A stretch of 63,969 bases of DNA, filler included, from Thelocarpon superellum (GCA_026025795.1; 14 parts of 14 records of this genome joined end to end with filler, not necessarily neighbours in it); one strand, 5' to 3'; shown: positions 13,376 to 27,249, counted from the first letter of the whole stretch. Numbers and translations: made by a program. The notes: generated by a model from the sequence alone, not told the origin.

Positions 13376-14325
13376 ATGGCTGGCCCCGAGGAACTGGCCA
13401 CTCAAGTGGGCAATCTCGAAGAGAGCTTCGAGTCTTTGGAAGTTGCTTTGGAGGTAGCGACTCAAGAGAGCCACGCCTCCTCCCGACGTGCTCTCAAAGT
13501 GCTGAAAGCCAAGGTCGAGGAGCATGGCACTTACCTCCAGGCTCTACGAGCTTTCCTCAAGGAGGAGAAGAGACTGCGGATGGCTGCGGATCTACGAAGC
13601 CGGCTTTCACAGACGCCAGCGAGTCAAGATGCACGCGTACGTACTCCTCTCTCGAGTGGCTTCAGCTTGGCTTATCTGGACTCAGGGTGAAGCTCCTGAA
13701 GTCATCGACATGACGACCAGGGAACGAGACAGCTCTGCCGATCTATCGGAATTGAGCAGCAAAACCCCATCGTCAAGGAGTGATGAGGCCCCGTTTCATC
13801 ATGCACAAGTTCCAACCTCGTCTCACCGAAAATTGAGATCGGCCGTCCCCCGCCGGCCTGAGACGGCAGGCGTTTCCTCCAGCTTATCGCAAAAACCAGC
13901 CACACGCTCTTCTCGACTCACTAGGCAAACACTATCAACGCCGGCTCAGAACCATGCCACCGGAGCGACGACGCCAAGTCGGGTTCGCTCTCGTATCAGC
14001 CCGAGTAGGTCCCCGAATAAGAGTGGACGTCAAGCGATGGCCTCTCTCCCTCCACCACCGCCCATCTCGATTCCGGCATCTCCGACGTCGTTCTCATGTA
14101 CCACCATCGTGGACATTCTAGGAGGCTATCATGGCCAGGTCTTTAGCCAACCATCGTCGGAGAAGCTTGCGCGGCAAACCGTTCCGGCACCCTTTCTGAT
14201 CAAGGTCTACCCCTTGCAGACACACGCTTTATCTCCGAGAACGGGACAGCACGGAGTTTTGGCGTTTGTGGATGGCCAGGGGTTTGTGGGAGAACTAGGA
14301 AAGGAATATTCTCTGCTCTGGCAGC
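13376..14325 (+). CDS. Hypothetical protein: N-terminal coiled coil, S/P-rich linker, possible DUF6697-like domain; 3' truncated; intron 13637-13685
   Basis: GTACGT..CAG phase-0 intron links the 13376 ORF to the 13524 ORF; LGG...P..GQHG pattern. Confidence 0.65.
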
Positions 14326-14425
14326 NNNNNNNNNNNNNNNNNNNNNNNNNNNNNNNNNNNNNNNNNNNNTTAATTAATTAANNNNNNNNNNNNNNNNNNN
14401 NNNNNNNNNNNNNNNNNNNNNNNNN

Positions 14426-16148
14426 TCGTCGAGGTTGAGGTGCGAATTGTAATGCCACGTCCGCTCCAGGTAGATGGGCGTGTCCTGGTCCGCGAGGTCT
14501 TTGGCCTGGTAGTAGCCGTGTTCGCTGGCGCCAGGCGGAGGCGGCGTGAAGCGATCGAGCATCGTCGAGGAGGCCGGGGCGATCAGATAGGTGCCGGATG
14601 TAGTGTTAACGGCGCGCGGACTCCCGTGGCACGTGGCCGTCTTGCGTAGTTGGGCCATCATCTTGTCCGGCGCCATCCCCATGAGGTCACGAGTGGTGAG
14701 GTCCGTGTTCTTGCCGTTTAGTAGCCAGATGGGCGGGCTGTACGTCCGCCACCAGAGCGCCTGCGTCGCGTCGTCTTGGTCGGCTAGGAAGAGCTGAGTC
14801 GGCACCACGCCCCCTTGGTGGTATGTGCCCATCAAAAGGCCCATGACCACGTTGAAGCCGATCCATGCTGTCCACCATGCCCGCACGTATCGTCGGGGCG
14901 GAAGCCGCACCGATGAGAGGATAAGAGGGATGGTGGGAATGAGGAAACGCGCCTCCTGATGCTGCACCAACGAGAGCACCACGATGCCCGAGAGGGCCGA
15001 CGCCAATGGAAGCGTGAACCGTGGAAACGCCACCAGGAGGAGATATGCTGGGCCCAGGAGTTGAGGAAGATTGACGACAAAATGCTGGTAGTAGGGGTGC
15101 AGGCCATGCGCCGCAAGATTCATCGTGTCCGAGTTGTAGAGGAGATTATTGAGAGGCGTGATGACGGGGTTGTGGAGGAAGGTGGAGAGGGTCAAGCGGC
15201 CCGGAGTATAGAAAGAGGTGTCGAGGCAGACAGCCAGGGTGAGCGTCAAAGCGCCAACGGTGATGAGCGTGATGAGGGATAGCGGATTTCGCGCCATGTG
15301 GGGAAAGAGACGCAGCCCCGGAATGAACAGAAAGGCGGGAAAGGTGATGCGATTGAAGACCCCAAAGACGGCGAGAGAGGCCAGGAGGCTGCAGGCCAAC
15401 ACAGATGATCGCTGTTCATATGATGTCAGTCATAGGGGACCCAGGCCGGACTCGCGCCTTCAACCCACCCTGTTTTCCACGATGCGCTGGATCAAGACCA
15501 GGCTCCATGCGACGACCAAGGTTTCGACGGAGTTGGAGAAGGTATGGGTCTGAAAGGTCCAGGTGACATAGGAGGACGCCACGAGCAACACCGCGACCCG
15601 TCGATGGCGTGGCGATTGCACCAGCTCATGGATGGCCCAATCCTCGAGCACGAAGCTCAGGACGAACATCAAAGCTCGGAGCGTCCAGAACACCACGGCC
15701 GGACTGATGTCATGATGATCCCGACCGCCACTCCACACCCAGTGGAGGAGTAACATCGGCAGGCCATAGACCGGCCATAGTGGGAAGACGCTCCGGATGG
15801 GATGTCGACTGGTGAACTCCCACGTCAGATGAACGGGGTACGAAAAGATTTGACCTGGACACCCCTCGTCAGCGCTCGTTCGGAGCACGACGGCATCGCG
15901 TGGTCGGAGACGAGTGGCGGTGAAGCTGGCGGGCTTATGCAGGGAGCATGCAAGACATCGATGCAGCCACAGTACCAGCGACGGTCGGGAGCCAATCTCC
16001 TCGCAGACTGGGGGCGAGACACATTGTGGAAGGACATACCTGCGATGACTTCAGGTCCTTGAAAGTTCTCGTCGGGATGGAGGTAGCTGGGCGACAGGGC
16101 AAAGTACAACCGGACCAGCACCAACAGCAGATAAGTCCGTCTCCACAT
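14426..16148 (-). CDS. smp3: GPI mannosyltransferase 4 (Smp3/PIG-Z, GT22), 3' truncated
   Basis: [81 protein letters not shown]. Confidence 0.95.
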
Positions 16149-17329
16149 GCCGCCGGCCGGCGTCCGTCAAGGCGAGGGCGTAGGAGATGGCGACCGCTGA
16201 ATCATTGCGAAGCAACGTCGTAACGGGGTTGTCAACGTAGAAATCTCGTTGGTGCGAGGATGAGAACGCGCGGAAGAGTAAGACGCGGTCGAGTCCGAGT
16301 CCGAGTACTGGTAGGCCGAGTATGCGAACAGGACTCCGTACGGTGGCGGATTGGGTTCCTGGACGAGAGGAATGTTTGCGAAGGCTGAAGCCAGCCAAGC
16401 TGTCCAGCAAGCCGGCCAGCTTCTTTAGGCCCGGCAGGCTCCGGGAGTTCTACAAGTAGGTACGCTCACTAGCGTTCGTAGAGATTAAGTTACTGGTGAA
16501 CACAAGAATTGCACGACCTGCAGGTCGAAATGTCGTTGGCTGTTGGCGTGCCCGGAATTAGAGGAGCCCCAGTTGGGCAACGCGCCCTCGCCTCGCCCAT
16601 GACCGCCTGACGGGTGCCTGAGCTCGGCCAGGACGTTGAATAAAGCTTTCCTGGCCAGAGGAAAGAAAAGATACTCTGTTTGAGTCTCTTCGGCGTGACT
16701 ACACATACAATTCCTTCAGTCCCGTTGTGGAGGTAAAATCAAATAAGACAAGGGGTGTGAACTGCGTGTTGCTGTTTCGTTATCTCCATGTAAGCTCCAA
16801 TTCGCTTACGCATGAAATCGGCGATTCAATGTCGGGTCACAGCTTTCCGGTGGCTCGAAGGAGAATTAGAATTGGAGCGCCGACAGCGCAAGCTCAAAGT
16901 GTAGCCAGAAGTGACGGACTTTGTTTCACTCGTCCCAATTTAAAGATTTTCCTCTGTTCATGACCATGAAGAAAAGATCACGTGCGTTGAGCCCGCCGGT
17001 GGAATCTGCCAGCATAGGCGAAGGACGAGGGCAAAGTGTTCAGGTCGGCTGGATTATCACTTCTTACGCAACTTACTAGTAGTAACATAGTTAGCGTAGG
17101 CGGTTGCATGTCATGGCTGTGTTGGTCACCGTTTAACCTCTCACTCTCGTCGTCGTTGCCTCTCTGCTCTCGGCGTCGACTGTTTTCCAATCGTCCACTC
17201 TTGCCTAGAACCCTCAACGATCTGCGACCGACTATTTAATTCTCCTCAAGCCGGGAAAGCCTCTCTACTCCGTCCTCAAATCCACCTCTCCAGTGCCTTC
17301 CACGCAACCTTCCTCCAAAGTCCGTCATC

Positions 17330-18091
17330 ATGTCGGCAGCCCCGCCCACCATTACTTTGATGAGCTCGGACAATGTCGAAATCACGGTCGGTATGTTGGA
17401 CGCTTTCTGCGAGGGATGAAAAGTGTAGTGTCGTGAAGAACATGGAAGGCTAAAGGGGAGCGAGTAGAACGTCCCATCGCCGAGCGATCCATCCTGATCA
17501 AGAACATGATGGACGACATCGGCGACTCGGTCGGTTCGGAGACCATCCCGATCCCGAACGTACGTGGGCCGCTGTGAGGTGAATGACCGTACACAGGATC
17601 TAATGGAGTGATCACAGGTCAATGAGGCCGTACTTAAGAAGGTCATCGAGTGGTGCACCCAACATAAGGCCGACCCCAAGGAGACAGGCGACGATGACTC
17701 GGACTCGCGAAAGAAGACGACGGACATCGACGAGTGGGACCAGAAGTTCATGCAGGTTGACCAGGAGATGTTGTTTGAGATCATTCTTGTATGTATCCTG
17801 CTTTCCTGCTTGCGTCTATCAATCTTCCTCTGCCCGGGCGGGCTAACCCCTCATCGATAGGCGGCCAACTACCTCGACATCAAAGCGCTCCTCGACGTCG
17901 GTTGCAAGACCGTGGCCAACATGATCAAGGGCAAGTCGCCTGAAGAGATCCGCAAGACCTTCAACATCCAGAACGACTTCACCCCCGAGGAGGAAGATCA
18001 GATCCGACGTGAGAACGAGTGGGCCGAGGAGTGAGCAGTCCCGTCCCCTCTCCCGTCTGGATCTCCACTGACCCACAGTAACAGCCGTTAG
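17330..18091 (+). CDS. skp1: SCF E3 ligase subunit Skp1/SconC, multi-exon
   Basis: Spliced [123 protein letters not shown]. Confidence 0.96.
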
Positions 18092-18793
18092 AGGGAAGGA
18101 GTGGTCTCGGTAAGAGGTTTCCTGCTCACGTGCATATGCCTCGCCCTGCCCGATGGACAGGCGGCCGGGGGCGGCTGCTTTCACTTGTGGCTTTGTGGAT
18201 AGGCGCATGCGGGAATAGTTTGAAGGCTGACATTTTCGTGTCCCTTGTGCTTCCGTTGCGACTCTTTCTGGCCCTCTACGTATCTCAGACGTGCATACCT
18301 GTCATACCTGTCATTCGTACGTGCTTAACAATTAAGGCATTGATTAGATTCATGACAAGTGCAAGTCTCACGGACGCCATGACTGACATTCACATCCATC
18401 GTCACCTGCAATAATCATGCTGGACTACGAGTTGAGGGGCTGAGACGGATGATGTTCGGAAAGCAAACCGTCTCTTTGGTAGACGGTACTCCTGCTCATG
18501 CCTGTGTCATCGGCCCGCCCGTAGATGCGTTTGGGACAGGTAATGAAGGACTGGCAATCTGCCGTTTTCTACATCGGATCAAAGCGTGTTCGTGGTCTCA
18601 AGGGTGGATCAAGCACAAGATAACGCCGCCAGGACATGATGTCACGACCCTCCCGACCTTGCTGCCACCACCATCTCCAACGCGTCCTCCGCCCGGTCTT
18701 GTGCGTTCGAATATCCGTAGCTCACGCTGAGCCGGTCCGCTTCGCCCAATCCACAGTTCGGCCGAGATGAAGCTCGTTGAGAGGGGGCGAAGT

Positions 18794-19025
18794 TTAGATG
18801 CCGATCCGAGTCTTGCGCCAATGCCTCCTCTTGGCGTTGTATCTGGACGAGTCCGACGTGTCAGCCTCCTCCGCTGTTCGCTCATTCTACGGCTCTGGAG
18901 GGTCGTCGTGCCAAAGGTGCGTACCTAATGGTGTTACCGGTCCGCAGACGAATCCATTGTGGGATGGAGCGGTTCTGCTTCTGGGCTTTGGCAAGCTTTT
19001 GCTTGGTGCGGAATGACTTGTGGCT
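18794..19025 (-). CDS. rpl39: 60S ribosomal protein L39 (eL39); exons 19025-18925 and 18842-18794; first exon beyond contig end
   Basis: Spliced translation [49 protein letters not shown]. Confidence 0.96.
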
Positions 19026-20539
19026 CTAGAGGAAGGAGCACGTCAGTGAGGGCTCGGAGACAGGAGGAGAAGGAGGAANNNNNNNNNNNNNNNNNNNNNN
19101 NNNNNNNNNNNNNNNNNNNNNNTTAATTAATTAANNNNNNNNNNNNNNNNNNNNNNNNNNNNNNNNNNNNNNNNNNNNAATGAAGCCGAGGGCGATGGCG
19201 ATGGTGAATATGAGTGGCTGAGGTCGGATGGTTCATCCGACGGCGTGTCACCTCGCACGAGTCGAGTGCCCTCAGGTCCACCGTCACGTCCACCGTCACG
19301 TCCACCGTCGGGTCCACCATCAGGTCCGCGAGGGGTACTTCGAGATAGCGGTTACTCGGAGCACTAGCTTGCGGCCGAGTGGCCGTCAACGGAGTGCGGA
19401 GGATCGCTGTCAATGAGAGTTACAAACTTGTAATCAGGATGCCGAGCGTGTAGCATACCTCTGAACTCCTCTTCATCAAAGTAAGACTACTTGTATTCAC
19501 AGTAGTATGGAGGCTTCCCCGTTAAACGCATGGGCGGTCTGGAGTATCCCCGTTAAGGTAGGATGCGAGGATCCCCGAAGTCCTTCACAAGATCTTCAGT
19601 CGACTAGCCGCACACGATCTCGAATAACGGCGACCAGAAGTTGGATTCTGTGGTGCCGAAATTCTCGTCCGACATAAGGAGTGCTGCGAGAGGCTCTTGC
19701 GTCTGGTGAACGCCATCGTTCCTGTCGGCCCGATGGTTTTCCCAGCCCTTCAAGTATTTCAGGTACTTGGATGGGATTGTACTTGGCAAGGTCTCTGTCC
19801 GTGGGCGTTCCACCAAACCGAACCATATGGAGTGCGCGGCAGGCGGTGAAGCTGATTTCGCTTGTCTCTCAATCCGACGCGCCGACCATACTATGTTACT
19901 TTGAATACCTATCCTGATATGAAGGGGAGCACCCCAGATTACTCATACGGTAAGCAGGGCGACCTCCATACCACTTCGACTATCTATCCTAACATAATGG
20001 GAAATATTCCAGAGTGCTCATGCGGTGAATAGGGAGACCTTCATGAGATGCGCTTGGGTGCAGGTAAGGAGGGTTATTAGTCCCGGCCCTTTTAAGAAGA
20101 GGGGTGCGCGCCACCCCCCCCCTCCATTACCAATGTACGAGCCGAGTGAGCGTAGCGAGCGTGCCCACCCGCCTAGACCTGAGGTAGTCACTAGTTATGC
20201 TCGACGCTTGTACGGCCGTAATGGCCGGGCTACATCTGACCGACCAACGGGTGGGGCATCTCGAGGTTCGCCGGGTACGGCACTTTATTATGCATCTCTT
20301 TCTCTTCAGCGTGGCCTACGTACGTATGAGTACGGGTACGAGGCCGAGTTGATGCATTACTCGCGTCAACGACTACGGACGTACGTCTGGTGTTACGCGT
20401 CCGATCGTAGGTCCACCATTTTTGCCTGTATGTTATCGTCATATGACCTTGAGCCATATGAAGTATTTATCCTGTCCATGAAATCTGCTTCTCGATTGTT
20501 TCATCCGCGTTGCCGACGAGCTTCCCAGGCTACTGCATC

Positions 20540-22431
20540 ATGACGACCGCCGCTCCTATCATGCCCTCCGAGGTGCCCCATCTGGCGGAGAAGGGCTCTA
20601 CCAACGGTCTTGCCAACGGGACTATGTCCAAGGAGATACCGGAGCCATACAATGACTGGCCGAATGACGCCGGGGTGAGCTGGCCCAAAGATGATGAGCT
20701 AAATGATGGCACTGACAGGCCCAGTTCGATGGTGATGAAGATTTTCCCATCCCCGTCGAGTTGACCGTCGCTGGCCACATTCCCGACTACACAGCCGGGA
20801 CGCTGTATCGAACAGGACCAGGAAGTTACCAAGCGGACCGCGAGGATGGCAGCACGTACAGCCTCTCGCATTGGTTCGACGGATTCTCCAAGGTCCATCG
20901 ATTCCAGATCGTGCCCCCGGACGAGACCCATGCTCACACGCGAGTGCTGTACAACTCGCGCAGCAACGTGGACCGACTCCTAGAAGAGATTCGCACCAAC
21001 GGCACATTCACTCAAGTCAGCTTCGGCCAGAAACGCGATCCGTGCCGGAGCTATTTCAGGAAGGTGATGAGCCTCTTCACGCCTGCCTTCAAAGGGGACA
21101 ACAACGTCGGCGTCACGCTGTCCATCAACCCCCCAGGACTTCCAGCCACGAAGAAGAAGGAAGGCGAAGGGCACTCCTCCGGTCTTCCCTCCCTCTGGGC
21201 CAAGACCGACGCGGCCGTCTACAAGCAACTCGACCCCGAGACGCTCGAACCGGTGGGGATCGCGCGTCAGACCTCCCTACACCCGGATCTGAAAGGGGTC
21301 ATGTCCGCGGCGCACGCCAAGTCGGACCCGGACACCGGCGACGTGTTTAATTACAACCTCGAATTTGGCCGCAAGCCCACCTACCGCATCTTCCGCGCCA
21401 ACGCCGCCACGGGCACGACGGATATCCTGGCCACCATCACCGATGCACCTGGCGCGTACCTTCACTCGCTCTTCCTCACGGCGAACTACGTCGTGCTCTG
21501 TGTCTGGAATAGCCACTATGCCAAAGGTGGGATGCAGATCCTCTGGGAGCAGAACATGCTGGATGCCATCATGCCCTTTGATGCGTCAAAACCAACAAAG
21601 TGGTACGTGATTGATCGGACGGCGACAAATAAGGGAGTGGTGGCGACTTATGAGAGTGAATCATTCTTCTCCTTTCACACGATCAACGCATGGGAAGAGA
21701 AGTCCAACTCGACTTCCAAGGATGGCGAGAGCGGGATCGACCTCGTGGCGGACATATCCGCCTACGACAACGTCTCCGTGCTCAAGCACTTCTACTACGA
21801 GAACCTCAAGTCCACTGCTCCAGGCGCCTTGCAATACACCGGCGACAAGGGAGAGTCGGCGAGGGTGACGTTACGCCGGTATCGTCTCGCTCACATTCCC
21901 TCCTCCTCCCCCGCGACCAAGCCCACGATGGGCAAAGCCACGCTCGACTGGCGCGCCCCCGCCTCGCACTCAGCCGAGCTCCCGACGTTCAACCCGCTCG
22001 TGGCATGTCGGAGCGCCACACGGTACATCTACGGCATCGCGGACCGCGGCCGAAGCACCTTTACGGATGGCCTGGTGAAGTTCGACACGGTCACGCAGCA
22101 GGCCCGGTACTGGGAATGCCAGGGCCATAGCCCCGGTGAACCCATCTTTGTGCCGACGCCGCGCGATGCTGCGTCCACTGAAACGTCCAACGGGACTGCG
22201 AACCGAGAGGGCGAGGACCAGGCGGAAGAAGATGCGGGAGTACTGCTCAGCGTGGTTTTGAACGGGCACACGTCCACCTCCTACCTCCTCGTCCTGGACG
22301 CGCGGTCGATGACCGAGCTGGGGCGCGCGACGCTGGATGATGGCCGGATCGTGTCTTTTGGCTTCCACGGTGTTTTCCTTCCTTCTGCCTCGTCTTCTCC
22401 TTCTACGGCGGGGGCGGTGCTGGATGTGTGA
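20540..22431 (+). CDS. Carotenoid cleavage oxygenase (RPE65 family; torulene dioxygenase CAO-2/CarT-like); intron 20675-20724
   Basis: WPNDAGFD, GTLYRTGPG, SHWFDGF; four Fe-ligand His (AAHAK, YLHSL, FHTIN, GFHG); EDAGVLLSVVL. Confidence 0.92.
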
Positions 22432-23020
22432 TTGATGCTCGATGCATCACGCTCTGCTACATGCACAGGGAGCTCGCCTTGGAAGCTGATGGTCGGATGA
22501 CATGATCTTGGGAAGGGGACCCCGAGAATACGGCGGGCACGTAGGGGACACTACCGTCGTGGAGGACCAAGGTAGCTGATTAAGCGAAGAATCCAGAGTT
22601 TAGGTAAGCTTATCCGCTGGTTCAGAGTACGAAGTACAAGTACGCTAAGTTCATCGTCGAACGTCGCATGTCCACACGCATTGTTTTCTGCTCAAAGAGC
22701 GTTAGCGTCCACGTTCCATTTGTCCTAAGAATAGAGCAAAGATGTCTCAAGGCGAAGAGAAAACGTCTTGGGATGGCAGGATTACTACGAGTGCTCCCCG
22801 CTCCAGACACGATGGTAACCATATGCAGGTCCTCGTGTCAAGACTATCCTAGTAGGATCATAAACACCCAAGACAATCGTTGCACTGGTCTTTTCCACCG
22901 TCATCTACCCAATCGTCCATGCGCGCCCTGTCCTTCTTTTCGTCCTGCCGATGCATCTCATGGTACTAGATGTAGGGAATGGGCTGATCCCACCCTTGAC
23001 GAGATTGTGAGGCCACAAGA

Positions 23021-23807
23021 TCAGGACCGCTGCGATCGCTGATCAGCAAAGTCCGCCTTCTCCACCGCGCGCACCTTCCGGGCTCGACGCTCCATCCAGA
23101 AGCCCAGACCGGCCAGAAGCAGATTGAGCGCTTCAACGACGACGACCATGATCATGAGGCCGATCGCCGCTTTCTATCATTTCATCAGCCAGACGCTAGG
23201 GACCGTGGGAGCCAGACGGGAGCCGTACGCTCTCGGCACACATGTGACCAAAGTCTGCGACCGGCGTTTGCACCAGACTCCCCCATTCACAGGTCCAGGT
23301 CCGGAGGGTATAGGTGTCGGCGCTGTTGTCGAGGATGCCCGAGTAGACAACGCTGAAGATGCCCAGGATGAGGCCGACCACGGCCGCGATGGCGGCCACC
23401 GCGTTGCCCAAGCTCAAACGAGCAGAGGACTGATGAGGGTCAGTATCGGCATGGGCTTCGCCTTCGACCCGTGTGTGGACGAGGTCACGTACGCCAGGGA
23501 GATAGGAGACGGCCAAGAAGGTGGCGTGTAAGAAGGCAACGATGCCGGCAGACGCCAGGAGGGCTGTGGCGGGCTGAGTGGACATTCGGTTGGGCCACAG
23601 CGGGAGGTAGTATTGACCGGCGACGCTGGTCTGGTTGTAGACGTTGGTGGCATCTGCCGACACGCCGATGATCGCCACCGCCGCCGCCAGGGCGAAGATG
23701 GCCACGCCCGCACGAACGAAGCGTAATCGTCGGACGCTGGCCGACGCTTGCACATGACGGTCATCCGTGACCTCCTCGATCACGTACGCTTGGGGATGCT
23801 TGGACAT
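23021..23807 (-). CDS. Four-TM MARVEL-like fungal membrane protein, 3 exons
   Basis: Four hydrophobic segments, LPLWP and TLRTWTC...FGHMCAES motifs; last exon KAAIGLMIMVVVVEALNLLLAGLGFW...RS*. Confidence 0.75.
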
Positions 23808-24550
23808 GTTGACGGGTCACAGNNNNNNNNNNNNNNNNNNNNNNNNNNNNNNNNNNNNNNNNNNNNTTAATTAATTAANNNNNNNNNNNNNNNNNNNNNN
23901 NNNNNNNNNNNNNNNNNNNNNNCAGATGCGAATTCGCATGTCTTCGCTCCGAACGAAGATTTCCCACGCCAAGTACGAGAAGCGCTCGGATGAGCCGCTG
24001 CGGAGCGAGAGGACGGAGGTATCGGGCGGATCAGTCGACGCGGAAAGTAGTAGGCCGGTGATACTGACGCTCACGAAGCGTTCCCCGAGACGATCGATTC
24101 GGGATTGGGCCGGGCGGGTGATGGATCGAGTGATGGGGAGAGGGCGCTTGCGACGGCGCTGAGGGAGACGAGAAAGCGGGTCCAGAGACGGGGTGAGTTC
24201 AATCGTGACGTGGGAGAGATTGGTGAGGCGGGGGGAAGGGGAAAGGGCGGGCGAGAAACGTTAATGGGTATGAGGGGAGGCATCCGGGGCGATTCATTGC
24301 GTTGTTGTTTTATCGTCACTTGCTTTCATCCGGCTATTGTTCTTTTTCATTTTTGCAATTCCCCTCACGATTAATGAGAGTCATTTGCGGAGCAGTATCG
24401 ATTATCAAGTTGCTGTTGATTGCATTAGACCAGAGACCTCCTAGTCCGTTTATCCCCAGCATAGCATAGCATAGCATAGCAAGCAGAGCTCCCTAAGATC
24501 CGAGTCCAGACTATATGGCCCAGTCATCTCCCAGTCATCACCAACATGGA

Positions 24551-26916
24551 TCAAAAAACCTGCTCGGACAATCAGCAAACCCATTCGTGTACTCCCCACT
24601 CCCTCAATGAGAAAGAGAAGAAAGGGAGGAGAAAAGAAAAACGAGGGTAGGGGACGAAGAAATGGAGGGGGACCCACCGCGCCACCAAGGATGAACAGCC
24701 GCTCCTCCTCCATTCTGATCTTGCGCACCAACCCTTCCGCGCCACGAGCAAGCGCCGCACGCGTCGCATTCGGCCCCGCAACGGCATACAGTTCGAAAGT
24801 CGGCGTCGTCCAGCCGAGCGCCACGCTGCTGGTCGTCGTGCTTTGATTTATCTTCAGGTGCGCGGAGCGCGCGTGCGTCGTCGCGTGCAGTGTGGCATAC
24901 GTTGTCATCAGTCTTAATCTCGGGTTTCAGCTTTTGGTCTTTTCGTTGTGCTTTCTTCCTTGGTCTCACTTGTGGTGTGGTAGAGAAGCAGGGAAGAAGG
25001 GAAGTGAAGGCGAGAGGGGGCACGTATATAGATATCGAGGAAGAGGAGGGGAGGGGAAGGAAGAGGAGGGATGTGACGTACTTCCGTCTAGCTAGAACAG
25101 TGCTGAAATGGGGCGAATATGAGGGCATTGTGAATTGTACATTCGCTCGTGACTTGTACAAATAGTGTCGGATCACTGTCCCTGGGAGTATGTCCGTCGT
25201 GCTGGGTCGGCCGCGGAGTACTGCCGTGCGGATCAGCGCCATGCTGCCTTCTCTGGTCATATTCTGCGCCCCGTTAGACAGATGTTTGTCACGACCCCGT
25301 CAGAGAAGGGGGGGGGGAAGCCATACCCCCACGACTTGATCCCGCATCTTCTTCATCTCGTAAAAACCCTCCTTCTTTGGACTGATCAGGAGAATGGCCA
25401 CGTGATCTTCTTTTTCCAGCGACGAGGATGACAGCGTTGTCTTTTCTTCCCCCTTCCCCTCATCCTGATTGTCTCCCAGAAAGCCGACGTACATGTACAG
25501 ATACCCGTCCTTGTTGAATCCCGGGAGACAGAGCGGAATCCAATTCTCGCCTCCGCCGGCCTTCACTCCACCGGCGGCAAATAACATGTTGAAGATCAGT
25601 TGTAGATCGCCGGGGTGCAGCGAGTGGCGTTTGGGTCGCACGACGCTGACGAGTCGTCCCCCGGCCACAAGCAGCCCGTAGAGCAGATCTGGTGTGCGGG
25701 CATTCAAGAGCGCCTGGTTGATCCTCTGCCGATGGGCTTTGCGGAGCTTGAGACATTCGAGCGCGGAGAGCAGCGTCGATGGAGAACCCTTGGTGAAGCT
25801 ATCGGCCAGGGCGGATAATAGCGGCTCCGTCCCTTGGAGCGGTCGTCGGAGATCCGTCGACGGACGGTTGGAGAATAAGTTGGTGAGGACAGGTAGGGTG
25901 AGGGTCGATAACACCTGCATGTACAAGGCTTCCAACTGCACTCGTAACTGCGTGTCGCTCTCGTCCAGTCGGCTGATGGCCACGAGATAGAGAGGACCCT
26001 CGGTCAAGATGACAAACCGGACACCACCCGCACTGAAGGCCCGCAAGGGGTCCTGGGCTCCTTGGTAAAAGGAGATGATGGTCTGCACAACGCCCATATA
26101 GCTGGAGATGAGCTTTTGATCACCATGTCGACTGTAGATGGGTTTGCCGGCCGATGAAAGAATCAAGAAATGCTTCAATCGCGATCGCCATTGCTGCAGC
26201 TGCGCCTCTTCGTCGTTCTCATCTTCGGTCCGTTGCTGGACCCCGTCGAACTCATGATGGAACTTCTCTCGAAAGTCTTGATCCGAATCGTCACCATCGC
26301 TGTCCTCGAATTGGTCCCGAGTACGGTCGGGACCTCCCACGAGATTCCACGCCGGACCGGTCGCACCCGTTCCCAGGGCTTCCCCCATCAAGCTCTCCAC
26401 GTCTCCCGTGGCCTCCAGCGTCGGCACGTAGCTTCGCAAGCTGCTGGTCTCTCCCATTTCACTGGCGCTATGGCCGAAGATGCGACCATGGCTAATGCTG
26501 CCAGGGCTGGCATATCCCCGGCTGGTGCCCGACGCCGCCTGTGACGAGATGGGGTAGGTCTCTCGTGCACCATCCTGATATGTCTGGGTCTGAATGTCCG
26601 TCAGGGAGAGTGCCGTCGTCGCCGTAGTCCGGAGTTGTGGTCGTGACGACAAGGATGACACTCGTAGCGTGTTCGAGGGTGACGAGGGACTCTCGGTCGT
26701 CGAATGAGCGGGCTTGGGGCGGGGTGGAAGTGGGGGAGGGGTGCCCCCGTCCGACTCGGAGGCGTCCTCGCCGGGCTGTGCTACATCATGACTCTCACTG
26801 TGATGACTCCTCGTATCCGTCTTTGCAGTTGAAGCTACCTCGTCGTGCTCCGCTCCTGACGTCGTGCTGCCCCGCTCGGGCGTCAATGCTGCACTGGGAC
26901 CCCCGTTGTCTCCCAT
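24551..26916 (-). CDS. mon1: Vacuolar fusion protein Mon1 (Ypt7/Rab7 GEF subunit), multi-exon
   Basis: KHFLILSSAGKPIYSRHGD, STDLRRPLQGT, HSLHPGDLQLIFNM, ENWIPLCLPGFN, HYLYKSRANVQF, EEERLFILGGAVF*. Confidence 0.96.
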
Positions 26917-27249
26917 GTGGCATGACAGAACCCGCAGTCCGAGTGATATGGGGCCGCATGGAGCTTCAATTCGACATCGGCACGTCCCACGAATAACGTA
27001 GGTCTACTCTCTCCGATTGATGAGGGTGGACATGGTCTGAGGGGGAGATGTCTGACGTGAAGCTCCGACGGCAATGGCACGAAGGTCAGTGACAGCAAGC
27101 GAGGTGAGTACGCGTTGTGTTGCAACTTGATCAACATGGACAACTGTCCACGTCACACCTGCTCGCCGAGAGCCTCATCTTTCTCGGTGGCCAGTCCAGA
27201 TCATGATTGAATCGTCGTTCGGCCCCGCCGGTTTCCCTCGCAGCGCGGT

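Noticed and set aside
19179..19970. Possible decayed minus-strand gene with an intron-like GTATGC..TTGACAG and 12-bp repeats
   Set aside because: Stops in every frame and no identifiable family
23923..24283. Possible 5' end of a minus-strand gene (MPPLIPIN...RIDRLGERFVSVSITGLLLSAS)
   Set aside because: Needs a weak GTTTCT donor, is truncated by the contig end and is unidentifiable
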